A stretch of DNA of 64,000 nucleotides. Source: Phoronis australis. Taxonomy: Eukaryota > Animalia > Phoronida. The position numbers and the translations under genes are program-made. Under the pieces are notes generated by a model that saw only the letters and a list, made by a program, of their open reading frames with translations, searched no databases and had not been told where the DNA came from. Shown here piece after piece: positions 12,195 through 25,397 of the stretch (positions are counted from its first letter, which is position 1; each line of letters opens with the position of its first letter). The stretch is from contig NMRA01000020.1 in the NCBI GenBank assembly GCA_002633005.1, forward strand, positions 87,621 through 151,620, given 5' to 3'.

Positions 12195-12611
12195 GTAGGT
12201 TAACTTGTGCCACTTCTAATTGCTGTGTGTTTACAAACCTGGGGCAAGGCAGGTTAACTTGTGCCACTTCTAATTGCTGTGTGTTTACAAACCTGGGGCA
12301 AGGCAGGTTAACTTGTGCCACTTCTAATTGCTGTGTGTTTACAAACCTGGGGCAAGGCATGTTAACTTGTGCCACTTCTAATTGCTGTGTGGTTACAAAC
12401 CTGGGGCAAGGCAGGAATAATTATCAGCTGTGGCAACACACTGATGGGTTTCCTTTTGTGCGCCGTACTCGTATCAGTTGTTCATTGTCATGCACAGAGT
12501 GACAACTTCCCCCTTACCCTAGTTATCAGATATCTGTGCATAGATCCTTCACTTAAAAGTGGGGTAAGTTGCACTACTGTAAGTTGTTCTAGGATAGGCT
12601 GTGTGTGGACG
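12195..12611 (+). mobile_element. Partial copy of MITE family A with an internal 54-bp unit amplified x4 (12195-12412)
   Basis: Unit aggttaacttgtgccacttctaattgctgtgtgtttacaaacctggggcaaggc. The rest aligns to 46140-46342 and ends in gttgttctaggataggctgtgtgtggacg. Confidence 0.85.
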
Positions 12612-12727
12612 AAACTCAATCTTCCCTATCTAGTTTTTCCTCTATACCATTTCGGATACTTCCGAAACTGTTGCGCAACAGCAAAGTCTTTTGTGAAGAA
12701 AATGTAACAAGTAACAGATGAGCTCAC

Positions 12728-12903
12728 CTCGCCAAGTTCGTCGGGTGCATTCTCATAGTACGTGGTCTCCAGTGGTTGTAGATTCTCGTCGCACACACGA
12801 TCCATTTCTTCTGATTCCGACTCTGACTCGCTCTTCTCACTTTTGCTGAACTCCTGCTCTCTGTCCGTCTCTTCCTTGTTCGTCTCCTCGTCCAAACCGT
12901 CCA
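12728..12903 (-). CDS. OSBPL8: OSBPL8-like exon, acidic linker: DGLDEETNKEE...QPLETTYYENAPDELGE
   Basis: atgacag acceptor, gtgagc donor, 176 nt, phase 1-0, 'ETTY.E...ELGE' motif. Confidence 0.92.
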
Positions 12904-12968
12904 CTGTCATAGTAAAAAAATAACAGTGAAGACTCAAATGTCTAATTTCAGTTGGTAAAATATTAATA

Positions 12969-14409
12969 CTGTATTCGCCCTAATAAGCGCCCAGGGCGCT
13001 TAGAAAAATTCGCTTCAGGAAGGGGGGCGCTTATTATAGCCCAAAGTGGTTGAAACCCAGTCTTCGAAACAGATGAAATCGTAAGCTAGAATTCATCAAA
13101 TTTACGCTCTGTGATGCATCTGTAACCTATGACAGAGTTTCTACAAAATTGCAGTGCATTGATATCAAACTTAGTTGTTAAATTACAAGCATTTTCGGAA
13201 AATCCCGGTGTGAAAACTCACCGACTGATGCTTCGCTGCCTCACAATCACCGATAGGTCAACTTGAATTCATGAGTAAAATATAGTTTTGACCCAACTAA
13301 TTACCTGAAGTCCTACTTAAGTAATCAAAATAGCGTCCCTAAGATTTTTAAGTTCCCGTGGAGTCGGGATCAACTGCATATTAAGTCCAAATCTGCACTA
13401 GATCGTACCCTGCAACACGAGAAAAATCTCTGGACCAAAACACAAGTTGTTGTCACATGACGTTTGTTTTGAAGTTCGTCTGCGTATTATAAGAATAAGC
13501 GAGCGCGTGCGTGTCAGCAGAGTTCATAGATCTAGGTGTGCAATTAAAGAAATTAACACAAGCAGTAAAGCAGAATGTGTTTTATTTAGCACTTGCTGGT
13601 CTCAACTGCTAAAAAATGTTCGAGAATTGTATCAGTAAAGCCGATATTGAGTCGCTGGGTGACTGGATGCTTGACAGTCCAACAGTTATTATTCAAGATA
13701 AGTAAAAGGGTGCGAAGGTGTTCACTATCAGTGGGTCATTTTGACTTTAAAAACACCAGTTACGATTAATTAAATAATTCCTCCTAAAATAACAAAAATG
13801 TTTGAAAACTTTCGGAAATAAGTGCCAGTATTTATTTCTTGCCGACGCTATGCTATCCGTTTCAGGAGTAGATAGTTCCCGAAGACTTATCTTCGATGAC
13901 AAGTACTTATATGTAGCGCGCGCTTTATGGCCACGTGCTTTTAACAAAGGTCAAGTTTTTATTAGTCTTCGATTCGCGGTTTTCACTTGTACAAAGAAAT
14001 TTGGATTCCTGTTTAGGGAGAAGATCTGAACGGGAAAGATACAATACAATCCCTATGACAAGTACGCTGCGTCTGTTCTGAAAGGCCAGACCATAATAGG
14101 ACACGTCCCTCGCAAGATCAGCGAAACTTTTGCGTGCTTTTTGAAGCACGGAGGAAGTTTGAAGTGTGTAGTCATAGCTAAATACTGACATAGTGGCAAC
14201 GCTCATGCTCTACAAATTACGCGCACATTAATTTTTTCAGGATAGTCAGATATTATTGATAAATTGGAGATGTTACTGTAGAATTTTAGAACTGTAATTC
14301 ATTTTTCGTATGTACACGACGTTCATGGGCTGGGTGCTTATTTTGGTAAAGTCTGAAAACGCGTAGGGGGCGCTTATAGCGGCATTGGCGCTTATTAGGG
14401 CAAATACGG
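12969..14409 (+). mobile_element. Tc1/mariner-superfamily (Tc2/pogo-like CCGTA ends) non-autonomous element carrying a HIRAN gene relic
   Basis: ta|ctgtattcgccctaataagcgcc ... ggcgcttattagggcaaatacgg|ta: 23-bp TIR with 2 mismatches and a TA TSD. Repeated subterminal GGCGCTTA motifs. Confidence 0.88.
13927..14281 (+). pseudogene. Stand-alone HIRAN-domain gene relic
   Basis: MATCF*QRSSFY*SSIRGFHLYKEIWIPV*GEDL, frameshift, NPYDKYAASVLKGQTIIGHVPRKISETFACFLKHGGSLKCVV...LQITRTLIFSG*SDIIDKLEMLL*. Shows the HIRAN hallmarks RG...Y, NPYD..A and IG(H/Y)VP. Confidence 0.82.
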
Positions 14410-15233
14410 TAGTTAATTTCTAATTGGCAGACGCCAAAGATTGTCCAGGATCTAGTTTCACAAAAATTGATCTGTTTTTGGGCTATAATCCAAAATCGGA
14501 CATCGTTCTTGATGTAATCAGATTATTGGTAATCATGTCATTCTTTAAGTATTTGTCTTTTCACAATAGTGCTGACAAATCTCTAACTCTTCAGCTGATA
14601 CGACACTTGGTGGCTTTCCAATATTTCTTCCTCATCAAGTTAATAAACCAATCGCAACAAAGAGGGAATACTTTGATGGAGAACATAGAAGAAAATTGAA
14701 CCAGAGTCTTGATAAACAATAACTTAATCAGAATCAGGAACTGAACCCTCGACTGACCAGTTGTCCATCAAGTGCTTTTAGCCCAACATAGTGCTCTTTT
14801 TTCGTATTTCCTGACTTGATCGCTAGACTGCTATGAATGTCTGAGAAGTAAACATGAAAAAACAGTCTTACAGATGAAAAAATTGTTTTGGAACAGGTGT
14901 GTAGACCGACAGCAGTTTGTAATAGGGGTAGAACCCGTGTTAACGTTTTCAGACACCAAGGCAAGTAAGTACACAACAATTTACCAGGTTGTTCTACAGA
15001 GCACTTTTAAATGGTAGTTAGAATAACCCTTGAACATATAAGTAAGAAATGCAGTCTGGGGCTTGAAAAGAATGGACAAATCATTTAAGAACGTACTTAA
15101 TAGGCAGGAAGTCATGGGTAATCATTGTAGTTGCCCAAACTATTCTGGCTATCGGTTAAATGGAAATACGCTGGTTCCATGAATGGCCACTAGATGGAGT
15201 CACTAGTTGGTGCAACATTAAATCAGAACATAC

Positions 15234-15407
15234 CAACATCCTGGAAGTGCTTCTCACAATCACTTTCATTCATGTCCTGATTCTCGAAGCGGAAAGAGCT
15301 TGAGTTCTGTCCGCTCACTGAACTGTCGTTGCGGTCACCCTTCATCGACTTCATCAAGAGGCTGGAACAGCGGAGTGCCAGCTCGAGGCCATCCATCCAT
15401 GTCTTGC
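15234..15407 (-). CDS. OSBPL8: OSBPL8-like exon, end of PH domain: (G)KTWMDGLELALRCSSLLMKSM...NESDCEKHFQDV
   Basis: gttccag acceptor, gtatgt donor, 174 nt, phase 1-1. Confidence 0.94.
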
Positions 15408-15792
15408 CTGGAACAACAACGGGCAGAAAAGATGCAATACGACGAATACCAGGTTCAATCAAATTATTATGGCCGAATTATGGAAGTCCATTTTTTTTAA
15501 ATTTCACAATAGAAAAGACCATTAAAAAATTTATGTCAACTTTAACACAGTTTGTACTGTAAAGCAGTTGTAAAACAACTCTCGGTAAATTTTTCACAAC
15601 TTGTAACACTGCAGTCAGACCCCGGAAAATTGAAAAACAACAATTTTGGTATTAATTATTTTGGGCAAAATATGGTATTTCTTCACTTGTTTCACACAAA
15701 ACTAATTGTCAAAATTGTTATTTTTCTATTGGTCAAATCAAAGAAACTTCATCAAATGTCTCAACTCTTTTAAATAATGTCAATACACATAC

Positions 15793-15877
15793 CAGCCATT
15801 TCCGACAATGCTCGGAAGATCAAGTAAGAATATGGCAAGGGCTGAGTAATAGCACCAATACTTTCACCTTTTGGTCC
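15793..15877 (-). CDS. OSBPL8: OSBPL8-like PH exon: GPKGESIGAITQPLPYSYLIFRALSEMA
   Basis: gttacag acceptor, gtatgt donor, 85 nt, phase 0-1. Confidence 0.95.
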
Positions 15878-16370
15878 CTGTAACAAAAACATGGTTAGTT
15901 AATCTTGCAATAAATCATGTCCTGGTGTTAAAAATATCAATTTTGAGTGACAGCTTAACTGACCAATCAGAACAGAGCAATCTTGACACACCTTCATTTC
16001 CAAGCCGCCATTTTACCCGACAAATAACACGTTGTCAGGTAAAACTTATTGGTAGTTTGACTTTTCGCAAGGGGGGGTGCGGAGCTTACGATAGGACATT
16101 TAGTACATTGTCTTAACAATCAATTTCACATTAAACCAGTAAGAGGACACGAAGTGTTGCAGTCAGTGTTGCAGTCATTTTCAACACAGGGAAGTAAGTC
16201 AGCAGCAAAGAGTTTCAAAGACAATTTTTTACTAAATCGAGACAATTTTTAGCAAATAATTAACCAGCAATTTATTCTTCACAACTTTTGACAGTAAGTT
16301 CCACAAAATTCGACAACTTGAACACGAGTTCGTTGAATGTTTTTTTGATAATAGCTGGAGCTATACCTAC

Positions 16371-16493
16371 CCTGGTGGCCCAAATGGACTGATCCAAAGG
16401 ATGGTAGAGTTTGAAACAGAATCCGTCTTTCTTCGACGGTCTCTCAATCAGCTCACAACAGTTGAGCAAGATCGTCCCGACCCAGTGGCCACT
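16371..16493 (-). CDS. OSBPL8: OSBPL8-like PH exon: SGHWVGTILLNCCELIERPSKKDGFCFKLYHPLDQSIWATR
   Basis: ttcgcag acceptor, gtaggt donor, 123 nt. Confidence 0.96.
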
Positions 16494-16835
16494 CTGCGAA
16501 CAAATTCAGACAGACTGTAAAGGGATGAAGGCAATACAGGGATGAAGATACAATCTATTTGTCTCATTGTGATCTACAAAGGGTATCTGCAATTAATTTT
16601 AATTCTAAACTGGAAATAAAGTTAAAATGTCCACACGCCCCCCTATGCAGGACTAAAGTACCTCCATGTGTAGCCAGATGGCAGCAGAGGTTATTCCTGT
16701 CGAGAGACCAGCTGCTCTCTCCCAATTCTCTCATGAAGGCAACCAAATGCGTAAGAACTAAGTTTCACACTGAAAGCAAATTGGGCAAAGACCTCAGAAA
16801 TGTAAAAGTTTGATAGACAATATAATCCCACTGAC

Positions 16836-17024
16836 CTTGGCCTTTGAACTCTTGTAAAGCACCAGTAGACCAGGTTTGAGGACACAGAAGAGTTTAGTCC
16901 AGCCTTTCAGCATGCCTCGCACCTTCAGGAAGTCAGACATGACGATGACAGAGGGATCCTTGAGCGTGTGCAACAGCTCCCTTGCGGCACGCTTTTTCTC
17001 CTTCCTGTAATGTTTCTTTTGCAC
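16836..17024 (-). CDS. OSBPL8: OSBPL8-like exon, polybasic helix and start of PH: VQKKHYRKEKKRAARELL...KGWTKLFCVLKPGLLVLYKSSKAK
   Basis: cacgtag acceptor, gtcagt donor, 189 nt, phase 0-0. Confidence 0.95.
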
Positions 17025-17544
17025 CTACGTGTGAGGGTGAATGATACGTTAAAGCCTTGAGTTAAAGTCGTGACATTTTTGTTTTTTGTCCTGATATAAC
17101 GAACAGCCTTCTATTCATGTTTTTTAGCAGTATTTGATAAAATAAAATAATGTTACGGTGGAAAAATGACACTTAAACATAACTTTGTAGACAGGTATCA
17201 CTTTGTAATTTGGGCGGGGCTTTCTAGAGCTTTTTAGTAGTACACATTAGGACACAAAAAGTTAAATGGGTGGTACAGAGATCAACCGGAGTTTAGCAAT
17301 TATTCCTGCAATCGGATACTCCAGGTCAAAGTCATTATTGTTCAGTTTGACTTTGATATCGGAAATGGCCCTAAAGGGGGCTTCTACATCGAATTTTGTT
17401 ACTCAAGCTGGACAACTTAAGCCACAAACACCAGGGATCATGTAAACGTTATCCCACCTGGAGGTTAAGCACAGGACCAAGTCCATTTCCTAACTTACAG
17501 TTAAGTGGCTCTCAATAAATAAATAAGGCAAATTAACAAGTTTA

Positions 17545-17835
17545 GGCAACTGTTTCATCAAAAGTGACTAAGGACTTTTGCTCCACACAACCATTTTCAA
17601 CAAAAAAATAATTAAATATTTAGAAATCTCTGGAGAAAAAATGTAAAGACTCTGAGATACACATAACTGCTAGTTACTGAGATAATTTCTTTGTCTTGCT
17701 CACAATTACTTTGCTAAACCTTTATTCAGCAATTGCGAAGTTGGAGCGTAAGACCAAATTTCTGTCTTAAGTCTTTGATGACTTAAGACAGAAATTTGAT
17801 CTTACTTAAAAGACACTTCATGAAACATGCCCCTG
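17545..17835. mobile_element. Small TIR element related to 58556-58832, containing a 26-bp hairpin at 17748-17805
   Basis: Ends ctgtttcatcaaaagtgac ... gacacttcatgaaacatgcccctg. Shares taagaccaaatttct / agaaatttggtctt with the 58.6-kb copy. Confidence 0.55.
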
Positions 17836-18055
17836 ACCCATGTAATGATGTATTGCGAGTACTTTCAAACTCCAAAAATCGCTCAAAACCTTGGCGAACA
17901 TCCAGCATGGACCAATTTTCGAGTCAGAAGTAATCTGAGTTTTTAAAAATTGGTGTTTACCTCCACGAAAGAAGCAAGTTCAGATACTTCAAATTGGGAC
18001 GAAACTACTGCTTAGTGACGAGCATGACAAACACAGGAGCAACACTTCAACCAAC

Positions 18056-18133
18056 CTTTAATGAGTCTTTCTTGGACATGTTTTTGTTTGGCGTATTGTC
18101 GCTACTCAGTGCATTGAACAGGCGACTTTCAGA
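18056..18133 (-). CDS. OSBPL8: OSBPL8-like exon: SESRLFNALSSDNTPNKNMSKKDSLK
   Basis: gtttcag acceptor, gttggt donor, 78 nt. Resembles ORP8 'SESKLYN...LTKKESLK'. Confidence 0.88.
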
Positions 18134-21100
18134 CTGAAACAAGGACAAAGAGCATATGACGAAAAACTTCACTTACGATGTTGATTTACTCAACAAGCAA
18201 TACCTTAAGCATAGTCTAGAAGGGGTTACCAGGAAACTTACAATAGACTAAAATTTTCTTATAACAGGCGAAACCTCGTCTAATTGTTTCATGTAAACAG
18301 GCGCCAATTAAGTCATGGACCATATCTGTATCATCTGAGAATTCTAATTGCTACTGCCGTTAACGTAACAAAATGGCTAGGCATCGGCAAAAATTTTTGC
18401 TTTCTTTTTTCTTTCGAAATTTCAATCACAAAATGAGAAATTTTCAGATCAGCGCTTATCAAAAACGTCGCATACATTAGATATTAATCAAATAATATTC
18501 AACCATGCTCACTACGGTCCTGATATCTCTATATTGGAGCCTAACTGAATGATTGTAAGGTTCTGAAACAAGAGACAACAATCTTGTGAAGTAGTTGGTT
18601 TCTTCTATAAATTTCCATGCTTTTGCTCCCAACAAGGCTCTGTCTTCAATCATATTAGTTTTTTTAGGCAAAATTGGACAAAAATAAAATTTCTTTTCTC
18701 TGCCATATTGTGTGGTAAGTAGGTAAAGAATTACCGCCATTAAATCAATTCTTCTCAACTACCTTTGCCGAGACCATTGTGGTGACAAACCTTATATAGT
18801 AATTACTAAAGTTGCCATTTTCAAGGACTTACTATATCGCTGAAAATGTTCAAAACAGCCAAATGTTGTTTGTGTGACAGCTGTACCACGTCAACAACAA
18901 ATTCAGTAAAACTTTCTTTTAGAAGTTACTTTTGTTGAAAAATGAAGTTCCATTTGTACCAAGCTAAAAAGATTTTACTGTACATGGCACTTCAGGCAAG
19001 AAAACACTATGAAAACAGTACATTTTGCAGTATGAAAAATAACACTGAGACAGTGATCAAAAGATATCGTAAGATTGTTATAAACCAAAACTATGACTGC
19101 AAATTAATAGCAGTACAGAGGCGAAAAGTCATTGTAATCCCCCAAAACAGTATCACCATTATTAGCCAAGGACAATGTAAACCTTATTGTGGTGTTAAAA
19201 ACATCAAAGTTCTTCACAGGCGTATGTGCCCTTCCAGTTCAACATCATTCCATTCATGTCTTCATTCGAACTAAAATTGATTGCTGTAATTTGCTTGAAA
19301 TTCCCTGATGGCCAAACAGCCTTTGTGATCAAAACCAACCTGCTGTGACAAGCAACATATATGGGCCTGGATAGAAGCAAAAACATGAATGACCTGTCAG
19401 TTCATCTCAAGTGCAGAAATTATTTCTAATCCAAGCAAGCAACACGATGAGATCGTTCTTATAACAAGAATTTTTTTTATGAAAGGTGGAGGTTTATGGT
19501 CGCTTTAAGTCAGGCAGTGTATTGATGAACAAGAGAGCAAATAGTCACCTGGGAAAAATTTTTCAGAATTTTCAATGTTATTATAAGAGCAGTCAATATC
19601 ACGAATTATTGACTTAACATATCTATGTATTGTAAACATAACAAACTGTGCCAGCGGTAGTGTTTTAGTATATTTTGTGTTTTAGTTCACTGTTTAACCA
19701 AGACAAGGCACTTGCAGTTGTCAGAATGAATCAGTCGGGATGGGTCAGAGGATATAAAGCCTGTTACTACGTCAACTATCCTATTTACTTCTCCTAGAAG
19801 ACAGAACCTCAGACAGAGGCTCTTAATTATGCCTTTCCATCGATGACTTGAGTTTCCAAAGTAAAGGTTTTTAAACCTGATACTGTACACGACACAAGTA
19901 ATTAGATAAAATGCGTTTTTTCTATCATGACGGCTAATTCTGCCAGCAGCAAAAATTACCGGTAATAACTATAAGAGCGACAAAATACAGAATAGCCAAA
20001 CCACTAACTTTCCAGTTTACCCAACATTCTCAGTCACTAGGGAAGACTTGGACGATAAATTTGGTTTCTGACCAGCAATCACGGCGAGAATTCCAGAACA
20101 TTTTGAATGAACACTCTTGGCTTTACTTTAGTTGGCAATATTAATTTACTTACCAAAGAAACGGCAATTCGGTAACTCTGGAAAAACAACTCCCCATGCG
20201 CAATTGCGTTTTCTTTCATAAGAAGTTAACTGCAGTTAACAGGCCATTAAGACACAAATTATTACAGACATGTACTAACATCCTATTGATGAGTCTGTGT
20301 ATTCAGTGAAGTATTAATATATGAGTAGAAATTAAAAGTACATAAAGTACATGCGACTATCTTTTCCTTAAAATTTAGGAAATAATTAAGGTATTTTCAT
20401 AGCAAAACAATGACTTTCATTTCATACAGATCAGTGAAGTCATAAGAATGCTGTAAGTTTTCTAAAATATTTCGGTTTTGCTCTATATAACTTCAGATTT
20501 TCTCATAAAAATCATAATAATAAGTCCTACTTTTTGACAGATCCTCTTGCAAAAGTGGAACACTTTAAAAACAATTCCTAATGCCATTTTGGGGAACAGT
20601 GCATAAAGACAACAAAGTTTTATATCAATCGGCCATTTTTGAGATAAGGTGTTACAAATAAAGTAAGTCCAATTTCAACATTTTTCAAAGCTTCTACATA
20701 GACGCAACATCTCAATATCACAAAGCAATTCAACTGCTGATAGTGAAAACCATGCAGCAACTCGGATCTATGAAGATCATTCGAAATCAAAACTAGTGAA
20801 ATCACAGCTTGATAAATTGATGGTCATAGTATACGATATCAAGTAAATCCTAAACCATGACAATAATTCCGCTTCATTCAACCCTCACTAACGATCTGCT
20901 CACAATTCTGCACAGTAAAGACGCGTCGCATTATTTTTAAAACCTCAGGCATTACACTTGGCAGATATAATCCCCATTTTACAACTACCCCTAAAGACTC
21001 CAGAAATGCTCTGCATAATTGTCACAGAAGGAAAGCACAAAATACTAATCGAGTGATATCACAGACTCCCCAGAGAGTACAACCACTTAAATACCTATAC

Positions 21101-21139
21101 ATTCATGGACTGACTTAAGGATGGATACGTTGAGCTTAC

Positions 21140-21204
21140 CGTACTCCGCTGTCCATAAAGAGTGGGTGAGTTGCTCCTTCCATCAATGTCTTCATTATGT
21201 TGCC
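21140..21204 (-). CDS. OSBPL8: Probable N-terminal exon: (G)QHNEDIDGRSNSPTLYGQRST
   Basis: Strong pyrimidine tract cttcctctcttctgtttcccag and a gtaagc donor. Phase 1-0 links the upstream candidates to exon 18056-18133. No homology support. Confidence 0.6.
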
Positions 21205-22312
21205 CTGGGAAACAGAAGAGAGGAAGTAGAATAATTATGCAATGAAGAAACATCACAAAGCACACTACTATGCTTAATTACTGTGCCTGCCACAGGGCCA
21301 TTGTTACAGGAAAGAGAGACTTTCCAACAAAATGCACTTTTTGCATATTTGCTTCCAACAAGTGCTTAAGAAATTTCATGAAATGTAGTTAAGAAAGACA
21401 GAGTTCAATCTACAGCAATCCTTCACTACTTTAGCACACTCGTCTCATTTTGCATTTAGAAAAACACTATTTTGCCCCTCACTTACTTTGCATGAGGCTA
21501 CATTGGTGGAAAATTCTCGCTTCGTCTAATTTGCACACGGTCAGTTTTGCAAGCACAGCCCTATAATCAATCCTAGTAATACATAATTATCTTTTTAAGT
21601 GAACCTCTGACCACTATATATTCACCACCCATTCCTCTTAACATAACTCACCCTGTTCCATACATGAGGTGAAAGGGCTGGCCCAGATGAGTGTCCTGTG
21701 ACCCAGAGGCATTTGCCCAACAGAGCTTTTAACCAACAATGGGGTAAAGTACTTGGGAACAGAATAAGTACCCTAATTACTGTTACCAGAATCATGTTGG
21801 CAATTCATAGGCCGCATTTGCTTAAACTCACACATGGTCAGTGGGAAATGCACACATGCAGTCAACCAAGCAGTCTGTAACAGTATTCAGTTTATTTCAA
21901 ACCCCAAGTTTCTAAACAATATATTTACATATTCTGTGCAAAATAAGAGGAGAATTATCGTGCATGTGACCAACAATGTTCCGTGAAACAGGCCTCTTAT
22001 CATCACAAACAACACTAAACAGGCATCTTATACTTAATAATGTCACTTTCAGCACTTGAACCAGTTTTGTGAGTGCTAATTGAAACTAAGTCTAGAACAA
22101 CCAATTGTATTTGGGTTACATGGAAAAGACACCTGGACACTCAAATAAGTTTTTGACAGGATACAGCTGGGATATCAGCATATCCACGTATTTGAGAGTG
22201 AACTCAAAAAAGAGCCACTTGTAAGTAACTTCCATGAAGAAGTAGCAGTTGGTTAGATTTTTGTTAAAGTAAAGCCACCTTTTGTACAGGTTAATCCCAT
22301 AAACCTATGTCT

Positions 22313-22535
22313 CGTTCCAAGAAACTGACTTAAGCTCATTTTTTACTTAACTCTAAGATTTGTTTCAACTTCCTAACTTTGGAATTTCTACATAAGTGAG
22401 TCAAAATTAAGACAAAACTCAAGTCAAAAACTTAAGTTAAACTTCAGATCTCTTACTTGAAACAGATTTGAGGCCAATTTAAGTTTTATCTTAAAATTTA
22501 AGATTTGTTTTAGCTAAATCAGTTTCCTTGGAACG
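22313..22535. mobile_element. MITE-like inverted-repeat element
   Basis: cgttccaagaaactgacttaagct ... agctaaatcagtttccttggaacg (imperfect TIR). Confidence 0.6.
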
Positions 22536-25258
22536 GTTCCCTTATCATTTCAATTACATATCTTGACACCTGATTTTTTTACCTTTTAAGGCTGAGATGA
22601 GCACATCTGCTTAATTGAAAACAGGATTCACTTGTGCGGAGCTACCATGAAAGTCACCCTTTATAGGGTTTTCAACACTACCCCATTGAAGGGTTAATAA
22701 CATATAATTAATTCATTCAACCAATTAATTCTTTCACTGGAATATTTTCACAGCTGAACTGTCAACACCTTCAGTCTAAAAAGAGAACATCTTTTTTTCA
22801 AAATACACATAATATCAATACGCAGTAGAAACCCTTTTGTAGATTTGCGTGGTTCTAAAATGAACTCAAGCCTTTTGTAGATTTTTGAACGTTCAGGGTA
22901 AACCTTTTGTAGAGAACTAAATTGGAAAAAGCACTCTCTAGTAACAGAGAATTTTGTCAGCCAGAAAGTTAGTCTAAGTGTGCCACAAAATTGGTCATTT
23001 TTTAGTCGACATTACCGCGCCCTGATGTTTGGTCTAGTGTCTGAACTTGGATATTTACCTATACTCAAGATGTAAGTTTAAAATCAAACATTGTCAATAT
23101 TCATTTCCACTTTTCCTGGAAGTCTATCTCAATACTTGTCTTTTTCCCCCATAGACTGCTACCGACTTCTTATTAACACGATTCTTTTCTCATTAATACA
23201 ATACATGACGCATCAGCTGTATTTTCTTTCACACGCACAATAATTCGCTTTTAGAACAAATTTGTTTCGCAATAATCTGCTAACATACCCAAACGCAATA
23301 CGCCAATATAATTCATAAAGTACATGCATCCAAATGTTTCGTGTAAGACAGCGAAGGGAACTGAGATTCATGGGAAAAGAAATGAGGTCATAAGGATGTT
23401 ATTGCAAAGGAACACAGCGCGCGAAAGAATTTGACTCATGAGAAAGAACATACTTACTTAGAATGCCTCATACAGTCGGTAAGGGAGGCAAGGCAATGTA
23501 AATGCCACTGACAACTACAGAGAAATCTCACCAATTTAGGACATTGCGGACAAGTGAAATGCTATTTCATCTTTTTTCCTAAATAATAAGCAGTGCCAAA
23601 ATAATACTCCACCGTTTCAAAGTACAATACCTAGCATCAGGCAATGTTTTTTAACTTGAACTACTGGCGAGATATTCCTGCAACAGAGAAGTCTTGAGGC
23701 TCTAATCAAACTCTTGGGAACAAGAAACTTCAGTGTCATGACCATGAAACACATGGTTTCTGACAGACTAAAACATCACACTGCTAACACGGCAACACAG
23801 CCAGGGGAGACTTTTCTCAGATAATTACAGCAGAATGCCTTCGATGCCTCCCTCTCTATCCATAACTGTTGTTGTCGATGACAGGAACACATTTCATGCA
23901 ACATTAGCCAGAGAAAATCAGGAGAATTATAGCGACAAGAATAGAAAGAATTGTCTTCCGGCAAGTAGAGGCAGAATGTAACAAAAATAACAATTGACAA
24001 GGACAGAAGGATTCGTAATTTAATGTTTGGATGTCCAAATGGAATACTTTGAATGTATCATTTTGTCTAGAAACAGTTTCAGAAAAGAAAAGATCTTTGA
24101 GTGTGGTTTTTCTACAATACTGCTTCACACAAGTTACGCACTAAATTTGAAATGTCTCTTGTTTTCACACATGGCAGTCTCAGTAAATGCAATTTACATT
24201 TTGGAAAAATGAAGTTTACAAGAATGTTTCATATAGTAAATAGGATGGTACAATAGTGCAGGATAAGAAACACAATATCTACATCCTGAAATTAATCTTC
24301 AGAAAATTCATGCTCAAAAATAGAGTCGCAATTCAGCGTAAATGGTGACAGCCTACTCCACTAAACAGTTTTCAATCATATCAGGCTAAAATGATACTAA
24401 CTATAAATGTGGGAGGAAAATTTTTGAAAACGCATATCAATGAAGTCGTTACGCTGTGTTCTGCCCATCCAGTCTGTTTTCAAAAATCCAGTCGTAACAA
24501 CTAAAATCCATGTGCGCTTTACGTGAACAAAAACTCTTGAAAATGCAAATTGATAAACAGTTGCCATGATGTCTTCCACCTGACGCACAGTAAACCAGTT
24601 TTCACAAACCACTAACCGCTGAAATCCACGAGCAATATACATGGACAAAAAATCTTGAAAAGGCAAATTAACAAAAAGTTGTGTTAAACACAGTGAGCCC
24701 GTTTTCACAAAACCTCTAACACCAAAACTACTTCCAAAATAAAGACAAAAAGCAGCCAATCAAGATGAAGCCACAGTTGTGCTTTTGATTGCCATGGCAA
24801 TTGTCCACCTCTGATAGCTAGACAACACAAATGCAGTTTCAGTAACAACCGAAGCTCTCTAGTGATTCACAAATAGAGGTGCATGTGCAAATCACAGATG
24901 GCAAATTTTAAAGTTAAAAGATGGCTGAGAATGATTCTTGTCATAAATCCGAATTTGCAACATCTATAAATGTCTCCAACTCCCAAAAAAGAAGAGATGG
25001 TGAAATTGAGATAAGGACTGGTGTATGTTTATGCATTCATAAACACAGAGACAGATGTGATTATCAACAACCTTCAGCACAGACTGGACTGGACTTGACT
25101 GGACATTGCCACAAAAATGGACAAAAGAGAGATGTGGCCACTATAAGTTCCTAATAGAAAATATACAGCAAGCATTTTATAAATGAAAACGCGTCTCTGT
25201 CAAGCCTCAAGCAAGACGTGTAAAAACATGAACAAAAGACTCAGGCCTTCACCATTAC

Positions 25259-25397
25259 CTCCCACATCACTGAATGATGATAACAATGACTGTACTCGTA
25301 TGCAATGGCGAGGTTCGATCATTGACTTGGATCGTTCCTGCTTCTTAATGTCCACGGTGGCGCCACTCCGCTTGCACCAGTCTTTTCTGCTAGTCAT
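25259..25397 (-). CDS. Candidate alternative first coding exon: MTSRKDWCKRSGATVDIKKQERSKSMIEPRHCIRVQSLLSSFSDVG
   Basis: aaaATGa start, 139 nt open, G|gtaatg phase-1 donor compatible with the acceptor at 21204. No homology support. Confidence 0.4.
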
